DNA of 64,000 nucleotides. Origin: Squalus acanthias (Eukaryota). The position numbers were made by a program, and so were the translations under genes. Where the stretch lies: NCBI GenBank assembly GCA_030390025.1, contig CM059433.1, positions 17,610,001-17,674,000 of the forward strand. The letters run 5' to 3'. The notes under the pieces were generated by a model that saw nothing but the letters and a program-made list of their open reading frames with translations, made no database searches and was not told where the DNA came from. Shown piece by piece: positions 49,827 to 63,137 of this stretch (position 1 is the stretch's first letter; each line of letters opens with the position of its first letter).

Positions 49827-52800
49827 TATGGTTGTTTTTCGGACTGGAGGAAGGTACACAGTGGTGTTCCCTGGGGGTCGGTACCAGGACCACTGCTTTT
49901 CTTGATATATATTAATGACTTGGACTTGGGTGTACAGGGCACAATTTCAAAACTTGGAAGTAGAGTGAATAGTGAGGAGGATAGTGATAAATTTCAAGAG
50001 GACATAGGCAGCTGGTGCAATGGGCGGACACGCGGCAGATTAAATTTAATGCAGAAAAGTGCGAAATGATACATTTTGGTAGGAAGAACGAGGAGAGGCA
50101 ATATAAACTAAAGGGGGTGCAGGAACAGAGAGACCAAGGGAACAGTAGCGTAGTGGTAATGTCACTGGGCTAGTAATCCAGAGGCCTGGACGAATAATCC
50201 AGAGCCGTGAGTTCAAATCCCACCACGGCAGCTGGGGAATTTAAATTCAATTAAATAAATCTGGAATAAAAAGCTAGTATCAGTAATGGTGACTATGAAA
50301 CTATCAGATTGTCATAAAAATCCATCTGGTTCACTAATGTCCTTTAGGGAAGGAAATCTGCCGTCTTTACCCGGTCTGGCCTATATGTGACTCCAGACCC
50401 ACAGCAAGGTGGTTGACTCTTAACTGCCCTCTGAAATGGCCTAGCAAGCCACTCAGTTGTAACAAACTGCTACAAAAAACAATAAAAAGAAACCGGATCG
50501 ACGACCTCGGCACCGCCTACAGACACGGCAACGGCACACCTAGCCCAGTCGACCCTGCAAAGTCCTCCTCACCAACATCTGGGGACTTGTGCCAAAATTG
50601 GGAGAGCTGTCCCACGGACTAGTCAAGCAACAGCCTGACAAAGTCATACTCACAGAATCATACCTTTCAGCCAATGTCCCAAACTCCTCCATCACCATCC
50701 CTGGGTATGTCCTGTCCCACCAGCAGGGCCTGCGACAGGTGGTGAGAGAACCAACACGAGGGGAAAAACCTACTTGACCTCGTCCTCACCAATCTACCTG
50801 TTGCACAGTCATTGCGGAGATGAAGTCCTGTCTTCCACACTGAGGACACCCTCCATCGTGTTGTGTGGCACTACCACCATGCTAAATGGGATAGATTCAG
50901 GACAGATCTAGCAGCTCAGAACGGGGCATCCGTGAGGCGCTGTGGGCCATCAGCAGCAGAATTGTATTCTACCGCAATCTGTAACCTCATGGCCTGACAT
51001 ATCCCTCACTCTACCATTACCATCAAGCCAGGGGACCAACCCTGGTTCAATAAGGAGTGAAGAAGAGCATGCCAGGAGCAGCACCAGGCGTACCTGAGGA
51101 AGCTGCAACACAGGACTATATGCATGCTAAAAAGCGGAATCAGCATGCTATAGACAGGGCTAAGCGATCCCACAATCAACAGATCAGATCAAAGCTCTGC
51201 AGTCCTGCCACATCCAGTCGTGAATGGTGGTGGACCATTAAACAACTAACGGGAGGAGGAGGCTCCATGAATATCCCCATCCACAATGATGGTGGAGCCC
51301 AGCACGTGAGTGCAAAAGACAAGGCTGAAGCGTTTGCAACCACCTTCAGCCAGAAGTGCCTAGTGGATGATCCATATCGGCCTACTCCTGAGGTCCCCAC
51401 CATCACAGAAGCCAGTCTTCAGCCAATTCGATTCACTCCACGTGATATCAAGAAATGACTGAGCACACTGGATACAGCAAAGGCTATGGGCCCCGACAAC
51501 ATCCCGGCTATCGTGCTGAAGACTTGTGATCCAGAACTAGCCGCGCCTCTAGCCAAGCTGTTCCAGTACAGCTACAACACTGGCATCTATCCGACAATGT
51601 GGAAAACTGCCCAGGTATGTCCTGTCCACAAAAAGCAGGACAAATCCAAACCGGCCAATTACCACCCCATCAGTCTACTCTTAATCATCAGCAAAGACAG
51701 TGCTATCAAGCGGCACTTACTCACCAATAACCTGCTCACTGATGCCCAGTTTGCGTTCTGCCAAGACCATTCGGCTCCCGACCTTGGTCCAAACATGAAC
51801 AAAGGAGCTGAATTCCAGAGGTGAGGTGAGAGTGACTGCCCTTGACATCAAGGCAGCATTTGACTGAGTGTGGCATCAAGGAGCCCTAGTAAAACTGAAG
51901 TCAATGGGAATCGGGGGGGGGGGGGGGAAACGCTCCACTGGCTGGAGTCATACCTAGCACAAAGGAAGATGGTTGTGGTGGTTGAAGGTCAATCATCACA
52001 GCCCCAGGACATCGCTACAGGAGTTCCTCAGGGCAGTATCCTAGGCCCAACCATCTTCAGCTGCTTCATCAATTCCCTCCAACATAAGGTCAGAAATGGG
52101 GATATTCGCTGATGACTGCACAGTGTTCAGTGCCATTCACAACTCCTCAGATAATGAAGCAGTCCATGCCCGCATGCAACAAGACCTGGACGACGTTCAG
52201 GCTTGGGCTGATAAGTGGCAGGTAACATTCGCGCCACAGAAGTGCCAGGCAATAACTATCTCCAACAGCGAGAGTCTAACCACCTCCCCTTGACATTCAA
52301 CGGCATTACCATCGCCGAATCCTCCACCATCAACATCCTGGGGGGTCACCATTGACCAGAAACTTAACTGGACCAGCCACATAAATACAGTGGCAACACG
52401 AGCAGGTCAGAGGCTGGGTATTCTGTGGCGAGTGTCTCACCTCTTGACTCCCCAAAGCCTTTCCACCATCTACAAGGCATAAGTAAGGAGTGTGATGGAA
52501 TACTCTCCACTTGCCTGGATGAGTGCAGCTCCAACAACACTCAAGAAGCTCGACACCATCCAGGACAAAGCAGCCCGCTTGATTGGCACCCCATCCACCA
52601 CCTTAAACATTCACTCCCTCCACCACCGGCATACTGTGGCTGCAGTGTGTACCATCTACAAGATGCACTGCAGCAACTCGCCAAGGTTTCTTCGGCAGCA
52701 CCTCCCAAACCCGCAACTTCTTCCACCTAGAAGGACAAGGGCAGCAGACGCATGGGAACACCATCACCTCCAAGTTCCCCTCCAAGTCACACACCATCCT

Positions 52801-53720
52801 GACTTAGAAATATATCGCCGATCCTTCATTGTCGCTGGGTCAAAATCCTGGAACTCCCTACCTAACAGCACTGTGGGAGTACCTTCACCACATGGACTGC
52901 AGCGGTTCAAGAAGGCGGCTCACCACCACCTTCTCAAGGGCAATTAGGGATGGGCAATAAATGCTGGCCTTGCCAGCGACGCCCACATCCCATAAAAACG
53001 AATAAAATAAATTTTAAAAAGTATGTGTACAAATCATTGCAGTTGGCAGGACAGGTTGAGAAAGTGGTTAAAAAAGCATACGGGATCCTGGGCTTTATAA
53101 ATAAAGGCATAGAGTACAAAAGCAAGGAAATTATGATGAACCTTTATAAAACACTGGTTCGGCCTCAACTGGATTATTGTGTCCATTTCTGGGCACCGCA
53201 CTTTAGGAAGGATGTGAATGCCTTAGAGAGGCTGCAGAAGAGGTTTACAAGAATGGTTCCAGGGATGAGGGACTTCAGTTCCGTGGATAGACTGGAGAAG
53301 CTGGGGTTGTTCTCCTTCGAGCAGAGAAGGTCGAGAGGAGATTTGATAGAGGTGTTCAAAATCATGAGCGGTCTAGACAGAGTAGATAGAGAGAAACTGT
53401 TCCCATTGGCAGAAGGGTCGAGAACCAGAGGACACAGATTTAAGGTGATTGGCAGAAGAACCAAAGGCGACATGAGGAAAAACTTTTTTACGTAGCAAGT
53501 GGTTAGGATCTGGAATGCACTGCCTGAAAGGGTGGTGGAGGCAGATTCAGTCGTGGCTTTCAAAAGGGAATTGGATAAGTACCTGAAGGAAATAAATTTG
53601 CAGGGCTACGGGGAAAGGGCGGGGGAGTGGGACTAGCTGAAGTGCTCTTGCAGAGAGCTGGCACGGGCTCGACAGGCCTTCTTCTGTGCTGTAACCATTC
53701 TATGATTGTATTCTATGATT
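49827..53720 (+). mobile_element. 5'-truncated CR1 (same subfamily as 11265-17020) split by a nested retroelement
   Basis: 49827-50137 and 53021-53720 rejoin at EQRD|GVxVxKS. 3' UTR is near-identical to 16930-17020. Confidence 0.9.
50138..53020 (+). mobile_element. tRNA-headed non-LTR retroelement (CR1/L2 group) with degenerate APE-RT and no ORF1
   Basis: A box 50146-50156 and B box 50209-50220. Endonuclease remnants (VILTESYL, IPGY, REPTRG) and RT motifs (GPDNIP, GVPQGSILGP, FADD). A-rich tail. Confidence 0.85.
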
Positions 53721-53721
53721 A

Positions 53722-54203
53722 CATAGTATTTACAGCACAGAAACAGGCCATTCGGCCCAACAGGTCCATGCTGGTTTTTATGCTCCACACGAGCCTCCTC
53801 CCACCCCTCTTCATCTAACCTCATCAGCATATCTTTCTATTCCTTTCTCCCACATGTGCTTATCTAGCTTCCTTTTGAATACATCTGTGGTATTCGTCTC
53901 AACTACTCTCTGTGGTAGCGAGTTCCACATTCTAAACACTCTCTGGGTAAAGAAGTTTCTCCTGAATTCCCTAGTTCTCGCCCAAAAGTGGAAACATCTT
54001 TAAACCCTTTCATAATCTTGACGACCTCTATCAGGTCACCCCTCAGCCTTCTCTTTTCTAGAGAAAAGAGCCCCAGCTTGTTCAATCTTTCCTGATAGAT
54101 ATAACCTCTCAGTATTGGTATCATTCTAGTAAGTCTTTTTTTGTACCTTCTCCAGCGCCTCTACATCCCTTTTATAATATGGAGACCAGAACTGTTCACA
54201 GTA
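53722..54203 (-). mobile_element. CR1 3' fragment, tail-to-tail with the preceding CR1
   Basis: YQERLNKLGLFSLEKRRLRGDLIEV. Confidence 0.88.
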
Positions 54204-55296
54204 CAGTGATGTCTGTGCGGTATGTGTTGGGGGAATCAGTGAAAGGAGAACCGTGTGTAACAGATGGATGATACATGCATAGAGCGTGGGGAAGATTTCT
54301 TTATTTACCCTTCTCCATTCTCCATTGGCCTCCGGTCCTAGATTTCAAGAATGGTCTTCTCAAATCTGCTTAATGGCCGGATGTTGCCGGGGTGCTTCCC
54401 TGTTACGCCGCTATTCCCACCTATTTGTGCAGCCTTACCCTGCAAGGCAATAGTGTCGAGATGTTGAAAGTTTAAGGAGCGCAGACAGTGCCGCCCTGCA
54501 TCCAAACTTGTGCATAAATCAATACACATGCCTCATGTGAAAGAGCTGTAAGGTTTTCCAAGTGCTTTGGGTGCCGTCTCACTCAATCTGTACCAGGTGT
54601 TGCAAGGGAACTTTTTGTGAAATTACATACTTTATGTAGCATTATGCTGGATGGTCTTCCTGAGGCTGACAAATCTTTTGCTCAATTGCTGCCAGTTTCT
54701 AAGGATGTTGGAGACTGCATTGATCCTTTTTGCCACCTCCTCCCATGCAGTACAGACTGCTCTTCTGTGAGGAGGGAATGCTTCCACCCCAAAGAAGACA
54801 GTTTTCTTTCCAGGAGTTGCTGCAGCAGCAGCTTGAGAGTTGCGTCAGAAAATGGGTGCAGCGCTCTTCCTCCTTTTCCTCCACGTGGTGCAGTTAAATT
54901 GGAAGGGTTCCAGCCTATGTTCCGTGTAATTTCTTTTGGCCCTGCGCAGCCCCTTTAAGCGGCAAGCCGGCTGCGCGGGTTCCCTGGAGCTACAGGGAAC
55001 ACTGGTTCCAGCAATAATTCTGTGCCTGGTCAAACAACAAGCAACTTCCCTTTAAGTAGCTGCAGAAGCCCTTTAACAGCTGCTGCTGCTGCTGCTATGG
55101 AAAACCTGACCCCACCCCACCTCGACTAGCAAGCTCTTAGGGTCAGGCCTAACCCTGGGTGAAAGCTTACTGGAAATATTTAAATGTGTGACCTTGGTCA
55201 ACCTTTCTCAAAATTAGCAAGAGCAATGCCTGCTGTGATCCAGTCCTGCTGCCTCTGCACCAGGATCAGAAACTCTGCCCCAACTAAGTTATGTCT

Positions 55297-55648
55297 TTGA
55301 TAGAGAGGATACAGAGAGAATGTTTCCACTGGTGGGGAAGAGCATAAAAGGCCATCAAGATAAGACAGTCACCAAGAAATCCAATCGGGAATTCAGAAGA
55401 AACTTCTTTACCCAGAGAGTGGTGAGAATGTGGAACTCGCTACCACAGGGAGTGGTTGAAGCGAACAGTATAGATGCATTTAAGGGGAGGCTGGACAAGC
55501 ATATGAGGGAGAAGGGAATAGAGGGTTACGCTGATAGATTTAGATGAGAAAAGACGGGAGGAGGCTCGTGTGGAGCATAAACGCTGGCATGGACTGGTTG
55601 GGCCGAATGGCCTGTTTCTGTGCCGTATATCCTATGTAATCCTATGTT
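55297..55648 (+). mobile_element. CR1 3' fragment
   Basis: RRNFFTQRVVRMWNSLP. Tail atcctatgtaatcctatgt. Confidence 0.88.
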
Positions 55649-56315
55649 AAATATATTTTAAGTGTTTCTTTGTTTATTTAGGGCTAGTTATTAGGCTTTT
55701 ATTTCCACTTTCAACCATACTTGGATTCTGTGACTGTCTTTTTGAATCTTCCGACAAATAGCTTCATTGTCTATGGGAAATGTAATATTCTAGCAGTTTC
55801 ATGGACCCGTACTTTGTACCTCAGCTCAGGTGTACATCTTTATGACAGAGATGTTGCAGTGGTTATTTCAATGGGATTGTGTTTCACTGAATCAGTTCAC
55901 ACCTCATTTTTTTAGTACATTCATAGTTGTTGTAATATGAAGCCAATGCCCAAAGGGCCCAGTTACTGTAAATGTTGAACATAATTTTTCCAAATTTCAA
56001 ACATTGCATATTTCATACCAACTCTTTCTAAACATACAGTACCCTAATTAGTGCATAAAGGTTATGAATGAGTCTCAGTCAGCAGTGTTATTAATATGAC
56101 TGCAGTATTATTTGAGTAATGTTTTTGGCACCTCCCATTATATTTTAACAGTTTAAAAATTCATCACCTCTTAGGTTCAATTATTTTATCCCTCCTATCC
56201 TTTTTTAAATTTCCTTTATACACCTAAATGCAAATTATGTTGGCCCAGAAATTGCTGGAGCATCTTTCAGGAAGCGCTGTAAATTGGATTTTTCCCTTAC
56301 TCTTCAGATGGTAAT

Positions 56316-57707
56316 GGCCTGGATTTTGCAGTCAGTGGCGAACGAATGACGCTCACTGTTCATCGCACTTAAACTTGCACTTTGCACTGCAATTTGCTGT
56401 AATCACCATCTACAGGGGATCTGGAATTTGTATGAACAAGGCAAGCAACAGCGTGCCTCCTCAACTCATCTGATTGAAGAATCCTTACTGAGACACGCAG
56501 GGGGGGATGGAAATTGGGTTGATTTGCGCCTCTCCTTAGCGCCCCCGGGGCAAATCCCCTAGCACCCGGGCGCGGCACTGCTAACGCCTCCCGCGAAATT
56601 CAGCCGCCGGCGATGACGTCATCACTGTGCACAGCGCCCCGGCCGCATCCTTGGGTTGTGCCCCCTGACCTATCGGCGGACGTTATGTCCGACAGGGTCA
56701 GGGTCACGTTTCTGCAGCCGCGGCAGCGCAACTTAAAAGGCAGGTGTTGGGTCGCCATTTTTTTTTGTTGGCCGACTACCAGCACCTGCCCCCTTCCCCT
56801 TTTTTCTTCAGGGAGCCGGCCACGATCGCTCAGCCCGACACTCCTCTTGAGTGCCGGGCTGTTTTCCCGGCACCCTGCTCCCCAGTGGTCCAGCAGGGCC
56901 CTGGTGCGCGCAGCGTTAGGCCCCTCTCCTTTAATCAGGGGAGGGAGGCCTGCAATGACGCGGCGCTATGTGCCGACGCTTGTGGCGCTGTTGCAGGTAG
57001 CGCCGCAAAATTCACTGGTAGCGCCCCAAGAAGGAGGGAGAGCACTTCCAGTAGCACCCCGCCTCCTGCTTGGGGCGCTACTACTGAATTTACGGCGCAG
57101 GGACGCTAACTTTTTTGGGCCCCGGCAAAGTTAACGCCCCAAAGGTGGCGCCACCGAATTTTTCCCCCACAGAGTCTGAACCAGGAAGTGTGAGTTTGAG
57201 TATTTCACTGAACGTCAAATCATGTAGAGAAAGAGAAATAAAGAAAGGGAAGGAGAAATGGGATTAAAAGAGAGAGAGCTAAAAGAGACAGAAAGAAAAA
57301 GTAATAGAAACATTTTACTTTAATTTTTATTTTTTTTAAATCTCCAACAATAATTAAAATCTGAAGGAATGAGACTCCACACTTGTAAAAGTTAATTTTC
57401 AGTGCCAGAGATTTTGTTTGGCAGTAATCAAGACATACCACATCGTTAAAAATTCACTTACACTTGAATGGACAAGCTTTAACTTTTTCTGGCGTGTTTA
57501 GTGGGTAAGTATAGCAACTTCAGGCCCTTCATGCCGAGTCTCTCGGTGAGGTACCAGGGCAAATCGGACATCAACTAACTGAGTTCTGCGTTTAACAGCG
57601 CATGTGCAGACACCACAAGTTGCTTTACTCCATAATAGTTTGATTTACTCCATAATAACGGTGAGCACTGAAAGCCTCACCGTTATTCTTACTGCAAATT
57701 CCGGGCC
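56316..57707 (+). mobile_element. Host MITE family A (middle level of the nest)
   Basis: TIRs ggcctggattttgcagt / actgcaaattccgggcc. Flanks aat/att. Homologous to 7272-8825. Confidence 0.8.
56500..57168 (+). mobile_element. MITE family C (inner level of the nest)
   Basis: Colinear with 31110-31767. Flanks gca (56497-56499) and aca (57169-57171). Confidence 0.85.
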
Positions 57708-59196
57708 ATTATGTTTGCACAGCAAATTGCTGGAAGGGCAAGCTGATAACGGCACGTCGAGGGCAAATTGGCATCTGAGACCTTCTGAATGTCGGGTCCA
57801 ATGCTTATTTAAATTTAAGGATAGAGAAAGAAACCAAGCAAACTACAGAGAAGGAAATAGGGTGAATTAGAGACAAATTAGATACAGAAAGAGAAATAAA
57901 GAGAAGGAGATAAAGATTGGATTAAGAGATAGAAGAAAAGAGACAGAAAGGAATAAAACATGTAAAATTTAAAAAACCTCTCGGAACAATTTACTACCTG
58001 CAGGAGTGAGACTCCACCGTTTCATTTGTTCCTTTTCTGGGCTTCAGAGGTTGAGTGGAATGTCAGGACCATAAATCACATTATTAACAGGGTCATTGCG
58101 AAATGAATTACCAGCCCTAAATGGCTGCGGCGAGATGAATTCATTTTTTACGGCACAAATCCAGCAATTTTCTTGACATTCAATGTTAACGAGGAGCTTC
58201 ACGGCGAGTCCCGTTTTCGCAAGGCTAACAGCGGAATGGCACAAATCGTCCAGCAATTTGTGACGATTTGCAATTCACAGCGTATCTCTTCCTCGCCAGA
58301 AATTGCTGTTTTTGTTACGCACTAATAATGGCGGGCACCGTGAACTCACCATTATTTTTCCAGCAATTCCTGGGCCATTATTTGCCTTCTAAAAGGAGCT
58401 TCATACATATTTGTAATAACGCAATGGAAAACCAGACTCTCATCATTCTCCAAATAGATATTCCTCCAGTGACAAACTATTCACAGTCTTGATTCTGTCA
58501 TAAACTTGAATGTATTCTTCAGGATCTGGATCTGGATCTTTTTAAACTAACGTATGTTTAGCTTTCAGGTCCTGGTGATTTGCTAAGTATGCCAGTCTAG
58601 TTCCCCAACCAGACTTGCTTTCCAACAGATTCTTGAAAAAGGATCCAAAAGAGCTTCATTGGACTTGTTTTGAGCTTTCAAGGACCAAAAATCAATCAGC
58701 AGCACCATTGAGATTGTCCATAGGATCTATGAGTGTTTCTCCAACTCTATTAAAATCAACAAAGAGCTCAAGCAGTTCAATTGAACTGAAGTGTCAGAAC
58801 ATCATGTACAGGACGTGTTGTTAATTAAACTCTACTTTTCTGTGCTGGAGCACAGTGGCACAAAGCTAATGGTGGCATTTTGCACTGATCATAGTTGGCA
58901 AAGCAGGCCTCACATTTGGTTCTCAAGAGGGTGAGGAAGGATGTAAGAAGGAAAGATTGCATGCAGATGTCAAATAGATACAGTAGTAGAGAGCAAGTAG
59001 CAGGATTTGTTTTTTTGTTTTACCTTATCTTGTTTTATTTCTCTCAGTCATATATTGTACCCAAGCCTTGGTCCATGTCGTTCTACAACTCTCCTTTAAA
59101 GACATCTTTATCTTATTCCAGGGCTGTAGAACCGACATGTGGGTCTCATGGCGTCTGCGTAGGGTTGCTAACTCTGGTTGGATGTAATCCTGGAGG

Positions 59197-59350
59197 CTTG
59201 ATCACATGATGTTTGATCATATGACATTCAACCATACTGACGTTCGATCGCATCACGTTTAATCACATGATGTTTGATCATATGACATTCAACCATACTG
59301 ACGTTCGATCGCAACACGTTCGATCACATGATGTTTGACCATGCGACGTT
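59197..59350. repeat. 61-bp tandem repeat (about 2.4 copies) built from roughly 15-bp subunits
   Basis: gatcacatgatgtttgatcatatgacattcaaccatactgacgttcgatcgca repeated at a 61-bp period. Confidence 0.88.
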
Positions 59351-59975
59351 TGCCCACTGTTTGCAAATGTTATTGCACTTACTTTAGTTACGTGTCTCAG
59401 TACTTCAGCATTCCTCTCTGTCCCAGCAATATAATTCTGCTAGTGCATAGACCACTTCACCATTGGAATTTTTCTGACACCCACAGTAGTACAACTGATT
59501 GACTGTCAGTCTTTCTATCTGTAAAAATCTTGCATTTGGCATGTACTTGTGTCTGAAACACATCAGCTGTCACACTTTGTAACTCGTGTAAATTTCTGTG
59601 TCACACTTACAATTGTGTGCATGAAATCTTGTAAAACTGACAAGTCACAACTGAACAGGTACCAATAAAGAGGTTGCAAGTGGGAATGAAAACTACCAAG
59701 TCAGGCAGCTGCAAAACTCTAAACTGGAATCTGAACTGGGGAATCAGCAAGCAGTTAACAATAGCAAGAAGCAGAAGATGAACCAATAAAATTGTTCCAA
59801 ATATTTCTTGAAAATCATTTCAGCTAGCATCTTGGTTTCTTGCTAATCTGAGAAACTTAATACCGGAAGTAAGGTTTGTAACATAAAATTTACAATGAAA
59901 TGGTTAAACTTGCTTATACAATAGTATTGTGTGTACTTGAGGCCTGTGCCTGTGACTTGAATTCGAATGGGGTCT

Positions 59976-60352
59976 TAGGTTGTCAACTCTGGTTCAGCAT
60001 ATTCCCAGAGGTGTCATCACATGCCTCCAACCGCCCCGCCCCCACATCCTCCCATTGGTTGCCCAACATGTCCCTACTCACAGTGCACTGCCGGCCTACA
60101 CCAATTAGAAAGTGAACAGACTCTCCGTTACCCGATTGGATGATTCTTGACTGTCAGTCACACAGCCCTTTTTTTCCCATGTCCAATATTTTTATAAATA
60201 ATAGGCAAAAGTGTTCAAAGAAATTTTTTTTTTTTAAAACAATTTTTTATTTCCCCGATGATTTTTATCCTGGGTTGCTCACGGCAATATCCTGGAGATT
60301 AGTCTTTAATTCCTGGAGACTCCAGGGCAATCCTGGAGGGTTGGCGACCCTA
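59976..60352. mobile_element. hAT-like MITE (TAGGGTTGCCA-type termini)
   Basis: taggttgtcaactct / agggttggcgacccta. An isolated similar left end lies at 59160-59196. Confidence 0.6.
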
Positions 60353-60401
60353 GGAGGGGTCCCAGAGCTATCACTGTCAGCTCAAGAGACTCAACAATAT
60401 T

Positions 60402-61030
60402 CAAGGGGGTTGGAGTATAAAAGCAGGGAAGTCCTGCTACAACTGTACAAGGTATTGGTGAGACCACACCTTGAGTACTGCGTACAGTTTTGGTCTCCTT
60501 ATTTAAGGAAGGATATACTTGCATTGGAGGCAGTTCAGAGACGATTCACTAGGTTAATTCCAGAGATGAGGAGGTTGACTTATGAGGAAAGGTTGAGCAG
60601 GTTGGGCCTATACTCATTGGAATTTAGAAGAATGAGAGGGGATCTTTTCAAAACATATAAGATACTGAGGGGGCTCGATAGGGTAAATGCAGAGAGGATG
60701 TTTCCCCTCATGGGGAAATCAAGAACTCAGGGGCATAGTCTCAGAATAAAGGGTCGCCCTTTTAGAACTGAGATGAGGAGGAACTTCTTCTCTCAGAGGT
60801 TCGTAAATTTGTGGAATTCTCTGCCCCAGAGAGCTGTGGAGGCTGGGTCATTAAATACATTTAAAGTGGAGATAGACAATTTTTTGCAAGATAAGGGAGT
60901 GAAGGGTTATGGGGAGCGAGCAGGGAAGTGGCTTTGAGCCCAAGATCAGCCATGATTTTATTGAATGGCGGAGCAGGCTCGAGGGGCCAAGTGGCCTATT
61001 CCTGCTCCTATTTCTTATGTTCTTATGTTA
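60402..61030 (+). mobile_element. CR1 3' fragment
   Basis: RGLEYKSREV...CVQFWSPYLRKD...RRNFFSQR. (TTCTTATG)n tail. Confidence 0.92.
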
Positions 61031-61635
61031 ACAAAATGGCAGACTACAGTTCCCAGAATACATTTGTACCACCAAAAGCCAGTTGCTTTTCATAACTGAC
61101 AACAAGGTTAACCATTCACAAAGCATACCCGGACTTGCTGTTTGTGGCCCCCCAGCCACACTAATAATAGAAAAGCACTGGCAGCACCAACACTTTTTCA
61201 GGAACACTGAAGGTAATCAGAATTTTTTTTAATATATGGAAACCTCAAAACAAGATCAAATATGAACTTTTCCTGCGGTATCTCTGTTGAAGGGTTTGTT
61301 TATTTAAATCAGAAAGTGAAAATATTAATGATCAAAGCTGTATTTAGAAAAGCTGTTGGTTAAAAGAAAACTCTGCAGTCTGGTTTGAGTGCTCAATTTG
61401 TGCAATAGAGGTCAGACAACTTTAAGCATATATAACTGATTTTTTTTGTTGTCTGCAGGTTTAATATTGTAACTAGCAGTGATGGGCTGGCCTGAATGAA
61501 ACCACTTTTGCAGCTGAATAAATGTAGTGTTTTAACCACTGACTCTTGTGCCTAATTGTGAGGAAAGATATGGAGCCATGCATGCGTAGGAAAAATTAAA
61601 TTACAGTTATAGAAACACAGCTGTGTGGAACAGAA

Positions 61636-62532
61636 GAACATAAGAAATAGGAGCAGGAGGCCATTTGGCCCCTCAAGCCCGTTCTGCCATTCAGTAAGAT
61701 CATGGCTGATCTTCTACCTCATCTCCACTTTCCTGCATTGTCCCCATATCCCTTGATTCCCTTAATATTCAAAAATCTATCGATCTCTGTCTTGAATATA
61801 CTCAACGGCTGAGCCTCCACAGCCCTCTGGGGTAGAGAATTCCAAAGATTCACCACCCTCTGAGTGAAGAAATTTCTCCTCATCGCAGTCCTAAATGGTC
61901 GACCCCTTATTCTGAGACTGTGACCCCTGGTCCTAGACTCCCCAACCAGGGGAAACATCCTCCCTGCATCTACCCTGTCAAGCCCTGTAAGAATTTTATA
62001 TGTTTCAATGAGATCACCTCTCATTCTTTTAAACTCTAGAGAATATAGGCCTAGTCTACTCAATCTCTCCTCATAGGACAATCCCCCCATCCCAGGAATC
62101 AGTTTGGTGAACCTTTGTTGCACTCCCTCTGTGGCAAGTATATCCTTCTTTAGACCAAAACTGTACACAATACTCCAGGTGTGGTCTCACCAGGGCCCTA
62201 TATAATTGCAGTAAGACGTCTTTACTCTTATACTCAATCCTCTTGTAATAAAAGCCAACATACCATTTGCTTTCCTAATTGCTTGCTGTACCTGCATGTT
62301 AACTTTCAGTGATTCGTGTACAAGGACACCCAGGTCCCTCTGAACACCAACATTTCCCAATCTCTCACCATTTAAAAAATACTCTGCTTTTCTATTTTTC
62401 CTAACAAAGTGGATAACTTCACATTTCTCCACATTATATTTCATTTGCCATGTTCTTGCCCACTCACTTAGCCTGTCTATATCCCCTTGAAGCCTTCTTG
62501 CATCCTCCTCACAACTTACATTCCCACCCAGC
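61636..62532 (-). mobile_element. CR1 3' fragment
   Basis: EKCEVIHF and [15 protein letters not shown]. aagaacataagaa tail. Confidence 0.92.
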
Positions 62533-62536
62533 TAAC

Positions 62537-63137
62537 GGGGCGCAAATCAACAAGCACCTGGGCGCGACGCCCCTAACGCCTCCCGCAAAATTCAGCAGGA
62601 GGTTAACGGCGGCGCTACCCATTAGCGCCACACGGCACTGCGCCGCCGGTGATGACATCATCGCCGTGCGCAGCGCCCCGGCTGTAATATTGGGTGGCGC
62701 TCCCCGACTTACCGCCGGACGCAATATCCGCCAGGGTCAGGGGGGCCTACCTGCGGCCGGGGTGGCGCTAGTTAAAGGGGAGGTAGCGGTCAGCCATTTT
62801 TGTTGCTGGCCACCTGCCAGCACCTGCCCCCGTTGCTGTCCCCGGCCCCTGTGAAGCCCCCCCGCGGGGTGCCGGCTACTCTCCATGAGCCCGGCACTCC
62901 TCTTGAGTGCCGGGCTCGTTTGCCGGCACTCCCAATCCCTGGTGGCCCAGCTGGGCGCCAGGACGCGCTGCGCCAGGCCCCTCCCCTTTAATAAGGGGAG
63001 GAAGGCCTGCAGTACCGCGGCGCTGCTCCCTCTTGCGGCGCTACTTTGGAAAATCAGCTGCGGGGGCGCTAACTTAAATTAACTAAAAGTACTGCCCTGG
63101 CGAAGGTAGCGCCTTGGCGCTACCCAATTTTTACCCC
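62537..63137 (+). mobile_element. MITE family C, left end rearranged or truncated
   Basis: Colinear with 31110-31767. Ends aatttttacccc. Confidence 0.8.

Larger units (their letters stand above)
56242..58376. mobile_element. Outer MITE of a three-level nest
   Basis: TIRs ggcccagaaattgctgga / tccagcaattcctgggcc. Flanks gtt/att. Confidence 0.75.

Noticed and set aside
50138..50226. Possible functional tRNA-Thr gene
   Set aside because: It has a duplicated anticodon arm, no convincing acceptor stem or terminator, and is continuous with a retroelement.
60140..60937. 265-aa ORF as a host gene
   Set aside because: It is a chance read-through from MITE sequence into a CR1 RT C-terminal fragment.
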